From NCBI GenBank assembly GCA_965231035.1, contig OZ246409.1, positions 508,324 through 572,323 on the forward strand: a stretch of 64,000 nucleotides of DNA, written 5' to 3'. The DNA comes from an uncultured Muribaculaceae bacterium. GTDB taxonomy: Bacteria; Pseudomonadota; Alphaproteobacteria; Rs-D84. The position numbers and the translations under genes are program-made. A model generated the notes under the pieces. The model did not search any database. It saw only the letters and a program-made list of their open reading frames with translations, and was not told the DNA's origin. How positions within the stretch are numbered: the first letter of the stretch is position 1; the number at the start of each line of letters is the position of its first letter. Shown one piece after another: positions 20,545 through 30,553 of this stretch.

Positions 20545-21438
20545 TTAAACCTCTAATTTCCTTGCTGTTATTGATTGTTCTATTCTTGGAACCAGACCAG
20601 TCAGAATGTTTCCGGGCCCAACTTCGATTGTTTCGGTAATTCCTAATGCAGGCATATTCAAAACAGATTCGCGCCAACGAACACCATGTGTGATTTGATA
20701 CACCAAAGCTGTCTTAATTTCTGTTGGATCCATTAATTGTGAAGCTGTTTTATTTGAAATTAATGGAACACTTGGAATATTCATTTTAATACCAGCCAGT
20801 GCCAATTCCATTTCTTTTGCAGCTGGGGCCTGCATTCTGCAATGAACAGGAACAGATAAAGCCAAAGGCAGTGCACGTTTTGCACCCGCAGATTTTGCGA
20901 GTTCCATTGTTTTTTCAACAACCGCAGTTGCACCAGAAATAACAACCTGACCAGGGGAATTATCATTTGCAACATCACAATCAGTTTGTGCACAAATTTC
21001 ACGAACCTTTTCAATATCCAGACCCATTATTACAGCTGTTAAACCCTGACCGACTGGAACAGCGCGTTGCATTGCATCACCACGTAAACGTAACAATTTT
21101 GCGGTATCTCCAACAGAAAATGAATCAGCAGCACACAAAGCTGTATATTCACCTAATGAATGTCCAGCAACAAAGGATATTTCCTTCATATTTAATTTTC
21201 CGGTTTCGATTGCAACACGCAACATAGCAATAGAAGTTGCAAAAATTGCCGGCTGGACATTTGCTGTCAGTGTTAAATCTTCCATTGGACCGTTAAAAAT
21301 AATTTCAGAAAGTTTTTGGTTTAAAGCATCGTCAACTTCGTTAAAAACATTACGAGCAATTTCAAAGTTATCATACAGTTCTTTACCCATACCGACAGCT
21401 TGACTGCCTTGGCCTGGGAAAATCAAAATTGATGACAT
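20545..21438 (-). CDS. fabD: Malonyl CoA-ACP transacylase
   Basis: FPGQGSQ, active-site GHSLGE, and an SD AAGGA before MSSIL; start moved to the internal ATG at 21438, since the longer ORF would overlap queH. Confidence 0.9.
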   Translation of the reverse strand: MSSILIFPGQGSQAVGMGKELYDNFEIARNVFNEVDDALNQKLSEIIFNGPMEDLTLTANVQPAIFATSIAMLRVAIETGKLNMKEISFVAGHSLGEYTALCAADSFSVGDTAKLLRLRGDAMQRAVPVGQGLTAVIMGLDIEKVREICAQTDCDVANDNSPGQVVISGATAVVEKTMELAKSAGAKRALPLALSVPVHCRMQAPAAKEMELALAGIKMNIPSVPLISNKTASQLMDPTEIKTALVYQITHGVRWRESVLNMPALGITETIEVGPGNILTGLVPRIEQSITARKLEV

Positions 21439-21466
21439 AGTTTTTCCTTTGTTAAATACAAAGCGA

Positions 21467-22006
21467 TTATACTTTGCGAAAACTGAATTCGCAACCACAA
21501 TAATTTTGACGGTAAAAGCCGGTTTTTTTATTAATTTCTGAACGTAACGATTCGTCCCATTTTATTGGCAAATATTTAATCTTGGTAATTTCATCAATTG
21601 CGCAATTATCAACTTGGGATTGGTTTTTGTGTTTTGACACCCCAAAGACTGACGCAATCGTATCATAACCATTTTCTAATGCCCATTTTTGTGCAAAACG
21701 AAAACGATGTTTAAAACATTGGCTACAACGCTTACCACGCTCAGGTTCGGATTCCAATCCATGAACAGATTCCAACCATTTTTTATGATCCCAATCGCCA
21801 ACGAAATATTTTACCCCCAAAGATTCGCAATATTTTATCTGTTCATCCAATCTTTTTTGATATTCATCCAGTGGATAAATGTTCGGATTGTAAAACAAGA
21901 CAGCAAAATCTGAAATTTCTGGGAAATTCCCATCAGCCAATTGCTTGATAGCTCCGCTGGAACACGGTGCACAGCAAGACATTAAAACAAGTTTAACTTT
22001 TTTCAT
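21467..22006 (-). CDS. queH: Epoxyqueuosine reductase QueH (DUF208)
   Basis: N-terminal CCAPCS cluster motif and Cys-rich C-terminus (CSQCF, CGCEF) typical of QueH. Confidence 0.78.
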   Translation of the reverse strand: MKKVKLVLMSCCAPCSSGAIKQLADGNFPEISDFAVLFYNPNIYPLDEYQKRLDEQIKYCESLGVKYFVGDWDHKKWLESVHGLESEPERGKRCSQCFKHRFRFAQKWALENGYDTIASVFGVSKHKNQSQVDNCAIDEITKIKYLPIKWDESLRSEINKKTGFYRQNYCGCEFSFRKV

Positions 22007-22323
22007 AATTGTCTTTGAAAATCACGTTTAATAGATCTGAAAACATAGTTAAAAGATCTCCAAAATTTTCTTTCATCAAAATGATTTATCTTCACAAAAA
22101 GCTGCAAAACATGATCTTCCCACAATGTCATATATATCTGATCTTGGAGGTTGTTTATAATAAGATTTGCAACCTTGCAATTGTTGTTCTGAAATTGTCC
22201 GTTTATACAACATGTTTTATAATGACAACACTTATCGCATGAATAATACAATAAACTTTTGTCTGGTTCACATGGTTTTAACTGAAAAATATTTATATGA
22301 TTATTAAATGCAACGGTACCCAT
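22003..22323 (-). CDS. Hypothetical Cys-rich small protein (106 aa)
   Basis: ORF between metG and queH, overlapping the queH start by 4 nt. CxxC/CC cluster (CDKCCHYKTCC). A+T-rich. No family recognised. Confidence 0.35.
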   Translation of the reverse strand: MGTVAFNNHINIFQLKPCEPDKSLLYYSCDKCCHYKTCCINGQFQNNNCKVANLIINNLQDQIYMTLWEDHVLQLFVKINHFDERKFWRSFNYVFRSIKRDFQRQL

Positions 22324-22340
22324 GGGATAAAAACCTTTTA

Positions 22341-24341
22341 TTAAAATTTAAATTCATTCCCTATTATTGAATCTTCTGGTAATTCAATAATTTCAGAATG
22401 ATCACCCCCTAATCCCAATTCGTCTGATGCGCACATCATACCATTTGATACAACACCCCTGACCTTGCGTGCAGCCAAAGGCATATCAAATGCCGGCAGT
22501 TTTGCCCCAACCTTGGCCAAAACGCTTAACATCCCTGCTCTTGCGTTCGGTGCACCACAAACAATTTGTAATGGAATACCATCGCCAGAATCCACGGTTA
22601 AAACCTGTAAATGATCAGAATCTGGATGTTGTTCCGCGGTCAGAATTTTCGCGATAACAATTTTTGGTGCCTGTTTTATATATTTTTCAGACATAGCTTT
22701 AATCTTGTCATCGTCAATTCTTTCAAACAAGTTTTCAGGAACAACAAATTCAGAGCCATCCTGAACACGCCATTCAAATTTCTTTGGCCACGATAAATCA
22801 TTTGTGATTTTGAATATATTACGCATTTTTTCTGCAGTATTTGGAATGAATGGTGCGGAAATTCTGGCATACAGGTCAATCAGCTGGAAACAAACATTCA
22901 AAACATCAGATGCTTCGCCTGCTCTATCTTGTTTTACCAGTGCCCATGGTTCCATTTTTGTAAAGAATTCATTACCAATGGACCATAGTTCACGCAAAGC
23001 TGACACAGCTTTTCGGAATTCACAACCATCCAGTGCAAACTTTAATTCATCCAATTTCAAATTTACATCATTTTGAAAGCTGTTCAAATCAATAAAGTCA
23101 TTGAATTTTGGAACACATAAACCAAAATTCTTTTCATTTATTTTGCATACTCGGGATACAAAATTACCCAAAATTCCGTTCAAATCTTTGTTCACAATGT
23201 CGGCAAATCGTTGAATTGTAAAATCTGAATCATCTGTTTCCGGGGCACTGGCCATTAATGCATATCGCCATGCGTCCGCAGGTGCTTCGGTAATTGCTTC
23301 ATCCAAGAATATTCCATTGCCGGTTGATTTTGATATTTTTGCACCTTCGAAATTCAAAAAATTCAAACCTTTTAACATATCAACAGTTTTCCAACCTTCA
23401 TTCATAGCCAGTTGTTGTTCAGGGAAAAACACAGAATGGAATTTCACATTATCTTTGCCCATAAATTGTGCATAGTGGCAGCCTTCTTCATTCTTCCACC
23501 AATTAGCCCAATTTTTGTTTGCAGCCTGGGATATAGAAACATAACCCCATGGTGCATCAAACCAAACATAAAATACTTTGTTTTCATAACCTGGTTTATT
23601 AACAGGAATTCCCCAAGATAAATCGCGAGTTATACTGGTATCACGAAGCCCTTCGTTTGCCCAACCTTTTGCAATTGCATAGGCGGATTTTGACCATTTT
23701 GGTGCCTTGACTGCCAACCATTTTTTCCATTTGTCTTCAACCTTGGAGGCCAAAAAGAATAAATTTTTGGTTGGACGCATTTCAATATTTGTTCCGCCAG
23801 AAATGGTTGAATGCGGGTTTATAAGCTCATTAGCTTCATAAGTCGAGCTGCACGCGTCACACTGATCTCCGCGTGCTTTGTCATATCCGCATTTTGGACA
23901 GGTTCCCTCGATTTGTCGGTCTGCCAAGAACATGTTATCATCAATAGAAAAAGGTTGAATGGTTTCGCGTTCTTCGATTAAGCCTTGTTCGTCCAAGCGT
24001 GAAAAAAGCTCATGAATTAATTTTTCTTGTAATTCTGTGTGTGTGCGTCCGTATAAATCAAATGATAAATTGAAATCACGAACAGATTTTAGATGTTTTT
24101 CTAGATATTTATTGTTGTAGTCAATAACCGACATACCTTCTTTTGCGGCTCCAACAATAGCAGGTGTTCCATGTTCGTCTGCCCCACAGATAAACAAAAC
24201 ATCGCGATTTAATGCCCTGCAAAATCTGGCATAAACATCGCTTGGTAAATAACAGCCGACCAGATGACCGATGTGCAATTCACCATTAACATAAGGTAAT
24301 GCGCTGGTTATTAAATATTTTTTTTGTTCTTTTTTGCTCAT
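22341..24341 (-). CDS. metG: Methionine--tRNA ligase with C-terminal tRNA-binding (EMAP-like) domain
   Basis: HIGH (PYVNGELHIGHL), KMSKS (KISKSTGN), zinc knuckle CPKCG...CDAC, C-terminal Trbp111-like domain. Confidence 0.93.
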   Translation of the reverse strand: MSKKEQKKYLITSALPYVNGELHIGHLVGCYLPSDVYARFCRALNRDVLFICGADEHGTPAIVGAAKEGMSVIDYNNKYLEKHLKSVRDFNLSFDLYGRTHTELQEKLIHELFSRLDEQGLIEERETIQPFSIDDNMFLADRQIEGTCPKCGYDKARGDQCDACSSTYEANELINPHSTISGGTNIEMRPTKNLFFLASKVEDKWKKWLAVKAPKWSKSAYAIAKGWANEGLRDTSITRDLSWGIPVNKPGYENKVFYVWFDAPWGYVSISQAANKNWANWWKNEEGCHYAQFMGKDNVKFHSVFFPEQQLAMNEGWKTVDMLKGLNFLNFEGAKISKSTGNGIFLDEAITEAPADAWRYALMASAPETDDSDFTIQRFADIVNKDLNGILGNFVSRVCKINEKNFGLCVPKFNDFIDLNSFQNDVNLKLDELKFALDGCEFRKAVSALRELWSIGNEFFTKMEPWALVKQDRAGEASDVLNVCFQLIDLYARISAPFIPNTAEKMRNIFKITNDLSWPKKFEWRVQDGSEFVVPENLFERIDDDKIKAMSEKYIKQAPKIVIAKILTAEQHPDSDHLQVLTVDSGDGIPLQIVCGAPNARAGMLSVLAKVGAKLPAFDMPLAARKVRGVVSNGMMCASDELGLGGDHSEIIELPEDSIIGNEFKF

Positions 24342-24351
24342 GTTTTTTAAT

Positions 24352-24386
24352 CTCTTTTTACAAATAAACGCCCCAACGAGGCGTTC
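24352..24386 (-). terminator. Terminator-like hairpin (AACGCC...GGCGUU) 3' of tRNA-Val on the minus strand
   Basis: 6-bp GC stem with 7-nt loop, then a U-rich tract on the minus strand. Confidence 0.4.
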
Positions 24387-24471
24387 AGAAAAATGAATAC
24401 CGTTGGTTATTTCTTATTAAAATTATTTTTGCATTCGCATATTCTATATTTTTTCCCCGCACTTTTAAATC

Positions 24472-24548
24472 TGGTGGGTGGTATTGGGCTCGAACCAACG
24501 ACCTTTACGATGTCAACGTAATGCTCTAGCCAACTGAGCTAACCACCC
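24472..24548 (-). tRNA. tRNA-Val (anticodon GAC)
   Basis: GGGTGGT/TAGCTCAGTTGGCTAGAGC/anticodon loop TTGACAT/GGTTCGAGCCC/ACCACCC-A-CCA. Confidence 0.85.
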
Positions 24549-24589
24549 AAAGCGCCACAAATTATAACAAACAGAATTTTAATTGCAAA

Positions 24590-24618
24590 TAAAAAACCGG
24601 CAAACACCGGTTTTTTTA
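24590..24618 (-). terminator. Intrinsic terminator after infC (ACCGG-CAAACA-CCGGU flanked by A6 and T7)
   Basis: Hairpin with a U-run on both strands. Confidence 0.65.
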
Positions 24619-24622
24619 AGTT

Positions 24623-25180
24623 TTATTTCACAGGGGCGATAATAATAGATTTTGTTCGTTCGTCTGGTTTAGATTTTGATTCCAGAGTACCTTTGTCCCC
24701 GACCAATTCTGTGATTTTTTCGAATAATTTTGGAACAGCTTCCCTGCCCTGGGCCAATACGCGTTTGCTGCCCTTGGTCATAACAGAAACTTTTACCTTG
24801 TCGCCTTCGCTTAAAAATTCCATAACCTTTTTCATTTTGATATTCAAATCATTTTCTTCGATAAAAGGCTTTACCCAAACTTCTTTAATTTCGGTGTTTT
24901 TCTGATTCTTGCGGGCTTCGGCGGCTTTCTTTTTCTGTTCGTATTTGAATTTACCAAAATCCATAATTTTTACAATTGGTGGAATAGAACCTGCGTTTAT
25001 TTCTACTAAATCCATCCCAGCATCCACAGCAGCCTGTAAAGCCTGGGGTGTAGGCATTACGCCCAGATTCTGACCTGTGTCAGAAATAACCTGCACGGTT
25101 TTTGAAAATATTTTGTTGTTTATACGCGGACCCATGTCCCTGCGACTATCACGGTTATTATTGTTTATTGTTGGTTTAAT
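24623..25180 (-). CDS. infC: Translation initiation factor IF-3, probably with an AUU start codon
   Basis: IF3 N- and C-domains (LVEINAGSIPPIVKIMDFGKFKYE...). The frame stays open upstream of the first ATG (25135); an in-frame ATT at 25180 sits 6 nt after a GGAG SD, matching the conserved AUU start of infC. Confidence 0.85.
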   Translation of the reverse strand: MKPTINNNNRDSRRDMGPRINNKIFSKTVQVISDTGQNLGVMPTPQALQAAVDAGMDLVEINAGSIPPIVKIMDFGKFKYEQKKKAAEARKNQKNTEIKEVWVKPFIEENDLNIKMKKVMEFLSEGDKVKVSVMTKGSKRVLAQGREAVPKLFEKITELVGDKGTLESKSKPDERTKSIIIAPVK

Positions 25181-25216
25181 TGTAGGCTCCTTTGTAAGCT
25201 TCAGCTTTATTATTAA

Positions 25217-25960
25217 CTATATTTGGCTTGTTTTCAACAAATTTTGCAATTTTTGTAAAGCTGCCCAAACATCTTTTTTTGTATCAGGTTTTAAAACCAT
25301 ATAATTCGGATGATAAATTGGAATTACAGAAGTACCGTCTGTCAGTTCAAAAGTTTCCCCATGGTTCCTGGGCAGCTTTGCTTTTATAACTTCATCTGCC
25401 GCTAATGTGCCAAGTGTTAAAACAGCAATTGGTTTTAACATAGATATCAAAGAATCAACGAAAGGTTTTGTCAGATCCAGTTCTTCACGTGTTGGTGTTC
25501 GTCCACCAGGTGTATGCCAGAATACCAGGGGTATAATTGAGATATTATCTCGATTGATATTAATTGCGGTCAGCATTTTATCCAGTATATTTCCAGCAGA
25601 CCCAGTTAATATTTTTCCAACACTATCATCATCTTTTGATGGTGAATCTGTAATTATTAATAACTGATTTTTATAATTTTCAGCTGGAATATATGGTAAA
25701 ACAACATTGCTGGCAAATTGTCGCAAAGGATGTTCAAAATCTTTTATTGCAGATAATAGATCAGATAAATTATTAACCTTTTTCACCACTTTTTCTGCGG
25801 TGTTGAAAGATATAGGTGCAACTGCTGGAACTATAGATGGTTCATAGATTTTTCGTGCAGAATTTTCTTTTTTTACATCCGTATTTTCTGTTGTAGATAA
25901 TTCCATATTTTCAGAAATTTCCCAACGTACACCCGCTAAATATAAATCACTCAAAGACAT
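25217..25960 (-). CDS. Uracil-DNA glycosylase superfamily protein (family-4-like fold, non-canonical motif A)
   Basis: Collinear with family-4 UDGs (…IITDSPSKDDDSVGKILTGSAGNILDKML… vs GEGPGxxEDxxGxPFVGxAGxLL; motif B …IYHPNYMVLKP… vs HPS/A). No Fe-S cysteines. ~100-aa N-terminal extension. Confidence 0.65.
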   Translation of the reverse strand: MSLSDLYLAGVRWEISENMELSTTENTDVKKENSARKIYEPSIVPAVAPISFNTAEKVVKKVNNLSDLLSAIKDFEHPLRQFASNVVLPYIPAENYKNQLLIITDSPSKDDDSVGKILTGSAGNILDKMLTAININRDNISIIPLVFWHTPGGRTPTREELDLTKPFVDSLISMLKPIAVLTLGTLAADEVIKAKLPRNHGETFELTDGTSVIPIYHPNYMVLKPDTKKDVWAALQKLQNLLKTSQI

Positions 25961-26046
25961 TGTTATAATTCTTATTTTTTCTTGCTTTTATCAATATTTT
26001 CGTATAGACTAAACAATGAACAACAAAAATACAAGGGAGTATTTTC

Positions 26047-26460
26047 ATGAAAATAAAAAACTTTGCAATGTTGGCCGGTGTCGCTGGATTGTTGGCTGCT
26101 TGCGGTGGTTCAATTGTAGAACCAGCAGATATGAACGATCAAAAAGTATTCTTTGCTTTCGATTCTTCTGAAATCTCTAAGGAAGCAAATAACAACTTGT
26201 TGGGTCAATCTTTGTATATGAAACATCATCCAGAAACCAAGATACAGGTTGCTGGTAACTGCGACGAACGTGGTTCAACAGAATACAACTTGGCATTGGG
26301 CGCACGTCGTGCGGCTTCTGCTAAATCTGTAATGGTAAAAGACGGTGTTGAATCAAAACGTATCTCTACTATTTCTTATGGTAAAGAACGTCCAGCTGTT
26401 AAGGGCACAGGCGAAGATGTTTGGGCACAAAACAGAAACGCAACAACAACTGTTAAATAA
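26047..26460 (+). CDS. pal: Peptidoglycan-associated lipoprotein (OmpA-C domain)
   Basis: Lipobox LLAAC, OmpA-like domain FAFDSSEI...NCDERGSTEYNLALGARRA. Confidence 0.85.
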   Translation: MKIKNFAMLAGVAGLLAACGGSIVEPADMNDQKVFFAFDSSEISKEANNNLLGQSLYMKHHPETKIQVAGNCDERGSTEYNLALGARRAASAKSVMVKDGVESKRISTISYGKERPAVKGTGEDVWAQNRNATTTVK

Positions 26461-26481
26461 TAACGGTTTTGATGTTATTTT

Positions 26482-26508
26482 GACCCGCATGTTATGCGGG
26501 TCTTTTTT
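26482..26508 (+). terminator. Intrinsic terminator after pal (GACCCGCAU-GUUA-UGCGGGUC then U6)
   Basis: 9-bp GC-rich stem followed by TTTTTT. Confidence 0.8.
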
Positions 26509-26518
26509 ATATTATAAA

Positions 26519-26562
26519 AAACGGCTGAATTTACAATTTCATATGAAACAGCCGGTATTTTA
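26519..26562 (-). terminator. Terminator-like hairpin plus U-run on the minus strand after gpsA
   Basis: CGGCUG...CAGCCG then UUUUUU on the minus strand. Confidence 0.5.
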
Positions 26563-26585
26563 TTGAATGTATTAGTTTTTTGTTT

Positions 26586-27449
26586 TTAGATTTTTAATAG
26601 TATTTTCATGTTTTTTAGAACTGGTACAGGTATATGTTTTTCATCTGCATGTTTAATTAATCCGTCCAATGCATACAATCCTTCAACTGTGCCTGAAACC
26701 TTTTGTTTCTTTGCAATTGAAACACCAGCAGAGTAATTACGACTGGTTACAGATGTTGCAGACAAGAATAAGTCCCCTATTCCACAAAGTCCCAAGAATG
26801 TTCGAACCTTTGCACCATGTGCAATTCCAATATTTACAACTTCGTTCCATGCGCGCGTGAATAATAATGCCTTTTCATTTTCACCATCTGCTTTTACACT
26901 GGCAAAACCAGCAATCAGGGCAACAGCATTCTTACCAACACCTGAAAATTCGGTTCCTATAACATCATCGGATTCTTCCAGATACATTTCGCCAAATATC
27001 TTGTGTCCCAGTTCCAATATTTCAGGTTTCCCAGCCAAAGTACTGCCTGTGGGAACACCTTTTGCAACCTCGGCTGCGAACTGTGGACCGGACAAAACCC
27101 CAATTTTATTAAATTTTGGGAATTCATCGCGTAAAACTTCGGACATAAATTTGCTTTTATGTGGATCCAGACCCTTGGTGCAAATAATAAGTGGCTGATT
27201 CTTATGAAATTTAACACATTTATCTATCGTTTCGCGGAAATGTGCTGCAGGAGTAACAACCAGCCAAGCATCAGTATTGGCCAAATCTTTCATATCTTTT
27301 GTAATTTTTATTTGTTTTGGCAAATTCAAACCACTGAATCTTGATACCAAACCATCATAAGACCACAGTGTTACACGATTCCCAGCCTTTGTAGATAAAA
27401 TTGCCAATGCTGTTCCCCAGGCGCCTGCCCCAATTATTCCGATATTCAT
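26586..27449 (-). CDS. gpsA: NAD(P)H-dependent glycerol-3-phosphate dehydrogenase
   Basis: N-terminal Rossmann GIIGAGAWGTALA, GpsA catalytic-domain layout. 287 aa, compact. Confidence 0.88.
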   Translation of the reverse strand: MNIGIIGAGAWGTALAILSTKAGNRVTLWSYDGLVSRFSGLNLPKQIKITKDMKDLANTDAWLVVTPAAHFRETIDKCVKFHKNQPLIICTKGLDPHKSKFMSEVLRDEFPKFNKIGVLSGPQFAAEVAKGVPTGSTLAGKPEILELGHKIFGEMYLEESDDVIGTEFSGVGKNAVALIAGFASVKADGENEKALLFTRAWNEVVNIGIAHGAKVRTFLGLCGIGDLFLSATSVTSRNYSAGVSIAKKQKVSGTVEGLYALDGLIKHADEKHIPVPVLKNMKILLKI

Positions 27450-29062
27450 TTCAACATCCTTATTTTCTTTTCCAGCTTTGGAACAGATACCAGACCATCA
27501 GATGATAAGTCTATTGCGCGTAAATATGCATCGCGAGCGAGATTTTTATTTCCCATTTCCAATTGTAAATCACCCAAATGTTCAAACAACGAAGAACAAT
27601 TCTCAGCTACTTGACCAACTTTTTCAAATATTTCTAATGCGGCTGATGCGCCCTCTTTGGCCCAAACAACCATCCCCAGAACATCCCATGATTCAATCTG
27701 AGTCGGATTTTTAGTAACCAAAGCGATAGAATATTGATACGCTGTGGTTAATTCCTTCTTTTGAATTGCCCAAATTTTCGACTGTATAGCTAAAATATCG
27801 GCATCCATAGGCAAAATATGTGAAGCTGTTTGAATATCATTCTGGGCGGAATCAATATCATCAAAAGTCAGATAAATGCTTGCACGCGCCTTCAGAAAGA
27901 ATGCGCGACCTTTTTCAGAAAGTTTCTTATTTTCCAGTGCACGGTTAACAACTCTTAATGCTTCACGTTTGTCGCCCTGCTGGACATTTTTTGCAATCAG
28001 CTTGGTTATTGCTGGAACAAATAGCGGATTTGCGCGTACAGCACCCTGCAAATCACTAATTTTACCAGTCTTTTCGACAATTTTCATACAAGCAAACGAA
28101 TAAAAAGGACTATTCTTACCAATTGACTTGAATAATTTATCGTAATTTCCACCATTATTAAAGAAATATTGTCCAAGATAATAATTCAAAGCATCTTTGT
28201 TGGCGTTTGAATCTGTTCTGATAACTTCTGCAAATCTTAACATCAGAAGGGATAAATCCGAATACATCAGTATCTGTGTATGTGAAACACTTTGAACAAA
28301 ATTAAAAGAAAGCTCGTTGTTATAGCCACTGTAATCCACCCAATTTGGAGATATTTTCGTATCCAGCATATACATTCCACCAGGGCGTTCGGTAAAGTCT
28401 TTTTGTAATTTTGTAGCTTCTTCGGACATATTATTATGATTATAAAAAGCAATCATATACATATAATCATTTATATTCATAAAATCCGGAGATACCTTTG
28501 CAAATTGTTTTGTAGCCTCTGTAATTTTTCCTGTTTCAGCATAAATTTGACCGCGTACAAATGATTTCCATGACTCGGTCGTGCGAAGCTTTTTTATAAA
28601 AGCAAATGTTTCATCAATCTTTCCGTTTGCAATCCCAGACCAAATTCTTAAGGGAGCGGCCAGGGCAGATTCATCGTTTTTATGTCTTTTATATATTGTT
28701 TTCCAATCGTTTTGAGTAATCAGATAGGCGTCATAAATCAACTGTGGTGCGGCACTGCTGTCTTTATTAATAGTGCTGACATTATCTGGCATTTTACCAT
28801 TCAAAAAGTCCGAAATTACAACGGTATTTTGAATTATTGGAAGATCCCGATCCTTTAATTTTTTTGAAAATTCGGATGCTTTTTCAAAATCATTAACATA
28901 AATTGCATGCTGACCGGCCAAGAAAGCGCCGTATTTATTTGCAGGATAATCATATGATTCTGAGGATTGTGTTTGTGGGTCAATATGCCAGATTGCAGTT
29001 CCTGTCACAATTATGACAGCGAAAAGAGCGGCAGTTATAAAAAAACTTTCTATTTTCTTCAT
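27446..29062 (-). CDS. TPR-repeat protein with N-terminal membrane anchor/signal, function unknown
   Basis: N-terminal hydrophobic helix, multiple TPR-like helical repeats in the C-terminal half. Overlaps the gpsA start by 4 nt. Confidence 0.6.
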   Translation of the reverse strand: MKKIESFFITAALFAVIIVTGTAIWHIDPQTQSSESYDYPANKYGAFLAGQHAIYVNDFEKASEFSKKLKDRDLPIIQNTVVISDFLNGKMPDNVSTINKDSSAAPQLIYDAYLITQNDWKTIYKRHKNDESALAAPLRIWSGIANGKIDETFAFIKKLRTTESWKSFVRGQIYAETGKITEATKQFAKVSPDFMNINDYMYMIAFYNHNNMSEEATKLQKDFTERPGGMYMLDTKISPNWVDYSGYNNELSFNFVQSVSHTQILMYSDLSLLMLRFAEVIRTDSNANKDALNYYLGQYFFNNGGNYDKLFKSIGKNSPFYSFACMKIVEKTGKISDLQGAVRANPLFVPAITKLIAKNVQQGDKREALRVVNRALENKKLSEKGRAFFLKARASIYLTFDDIDSAQNDIQTASHILPMDADILAIQSKIWAIQKKELTTAYQYSIALVTKNPTQIESWDVLGMVVWAKEGASAALEIFEKVGQVAENCSSLFEHLGDLQLEMGNKNLARDAYLRAIDLSSDGLVSVPKLEKKIRMLK

Positions 29063-29088
29063 GGTTCTTCTATGCTACAATAAATCGT

Positions 29089-29664
29089 ATGGATAATAAA
29101 GAAAAATTTCAAAAATATGCCGATTTGCTGCGTGAATGGTCAAAGCGAATGAATCTGGTTGCACCCAGTACGCTGACGGATATAGAAAACAGACATTTTA
29201 AAGATTCTGAACAGTTGGCAAGTGTTTTATCAAAAGATGTTTCAATAATTGATTTGGGCAGCGGGGCAGGCTTTCCAGGTGTTGTTCTGGCAATATTAGG
29301 TTGGAATGTTACCTGTATCGAATCGGTTGGTAAAAAAGCAAATTTTTTAAATGCGTTGAAACAAGAGTTGGATTTACCGAACCTGACAGTTTTTAATGGC
29401 AGGGTTGAAGATTTTATCAAAAATGCAAAAAATACTGGTAATACACTGGTTTTTACCGCACGTGCGTTTGCACCGTTGATAAAAATAATGGATTATGTCA
29501 GACCAGTAAAAAGCCGGCTTTTTCTGTTAAAAGGCCGGGAAATTGAATCAGAAATAGAAATAGCCAAGAAAAAGTATAAATTTGACTATAAATTAACACC
29601 CTCTAAGACAGGTGATGGTTTTATTATACAAATTGATAATATGAAAATGTTTCATATGAAATAA
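29089..29664 (+). CDS. rsmG: 16S rRNA (guanine527-N7)-methyltransferase RsmG (GidB)
   Basis: SAM-binding DLGSGAGFPG, size and context (5' of parAB). Confidence 0.88.
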   Translation: MDNKEKFQKYADLLREWSKRMNLVAPSTLTDIENRHFKDSEQLASVLSKDVSIIDLGSGAGFPGVVLAILGWNVTCIESVGKKANFLNALKQELDLPNLTVFNGRVEDFIKNAKNTGNTLVFTARAFAPLIKIMDYVRPVKSRLFLLKGREIESEIEIAKKKYKFDYKLTPSKTGDGFIIQIDNMKMFHMK

Positions 29665-29769
29665 TTTTTAATTTATTGAAATTACTTAATTTATAAAAAT
29701 AAAATTTTATCCTCTTGACCAGCTGTGTTTGATTTTTGTATCCTTTCGTCTGTTCGAAGGAAAAATAAT

Positions 29770-30540
29770 ATGACAGAAATAATAGCGTTCGCAAATCAAA
29801 AGGGTGGTGTTGGAAAAACCACCACAGCAATAAATATCGGTGCATCACTGGCCGCAATAAAAAAACAGGTTTTATTAATTGATCTGGATCCCCAAGGCAA
29901 TGCCGGCACCGGTTTGGGTTTTATTCGTGCTGCACATCGTCAAAGTGTTTATGGTGTAATTATGGGAACAGCAAATGTTGCCGATAACATTTTAACAACT
30001 GCTGTTGCAGGTATGCACATTTTGCCATCCAGTCCTGCACTGGCTGGGGCCGAGGCCGAATTGTTGGATATAGATAATCGTGAATATCGTTTGCGTGACG
30101 CAATTGAACAAATTAAAAATCATTATGATTATATTTTGATTGATTGCCCGCCAGCTTTGGGATATTTAACATTGAATGCCTTGACAACTGCAAACCGTGT
30201 AATTGTACCTTTGCAATGTGAATTTTTTGCGCTGGAAGGTGTTCAGCATCTGGTTAACACAATTGATGAAGTTCAAAAAAAATGGAATCCAGAATTACAA
30301 ATTTTGGGTGTTTTGCTGACTATGTACGATCGGCGCTATGGCTTGACACGCGCGGTCGAAGAAGATGTCAGAAAGACTTTTGGTGAAAAAGTTTTCAAAA
30401 CTGTTGTTCCCAGAAATGTCAGAATATCCGAAGCACCATCACATGGAAAACCGGCCTTATTCTATGATTTTAATTCGGCTGGGGCCCAGGCATACTTGCG
30501 TGTTGCAACAGAAATAGTCGAAGGTATTGGAAATAAATAA
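29770..30540 (+). CDS. parA: Chromosome partitioning ATPase ParA
   Basis: Deviant Walker A ANQKGGVGKTTT. Start set at the ATG at 29770 with SD AAGGA. Confidence 0.9.
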   Translation: MTEIIAFANQKGGVGKTTTAINIGASLAAIKKQVLLIDLDPQGNAGTGLGFIRAAHRQSVYGVIMGTANVADNILTTAVAGMHILPSSPALAGAEAELLDIDNREYRLRDAIEQIKNHYDYILIDCPPALGYLTLNALTTANRVIVPLQCEFFALEGVQHLVNTIDEVQKKWNPELQILGVLLTMYDRRYGLTRAVEEDVRKTFGEKVFKTVVPRNVRISEAPSHGKPALFYDFNSAGAQAYLRVATEIVEGIGNK

Positions 30541-30553
30541 AAAGGAAGAGAAA

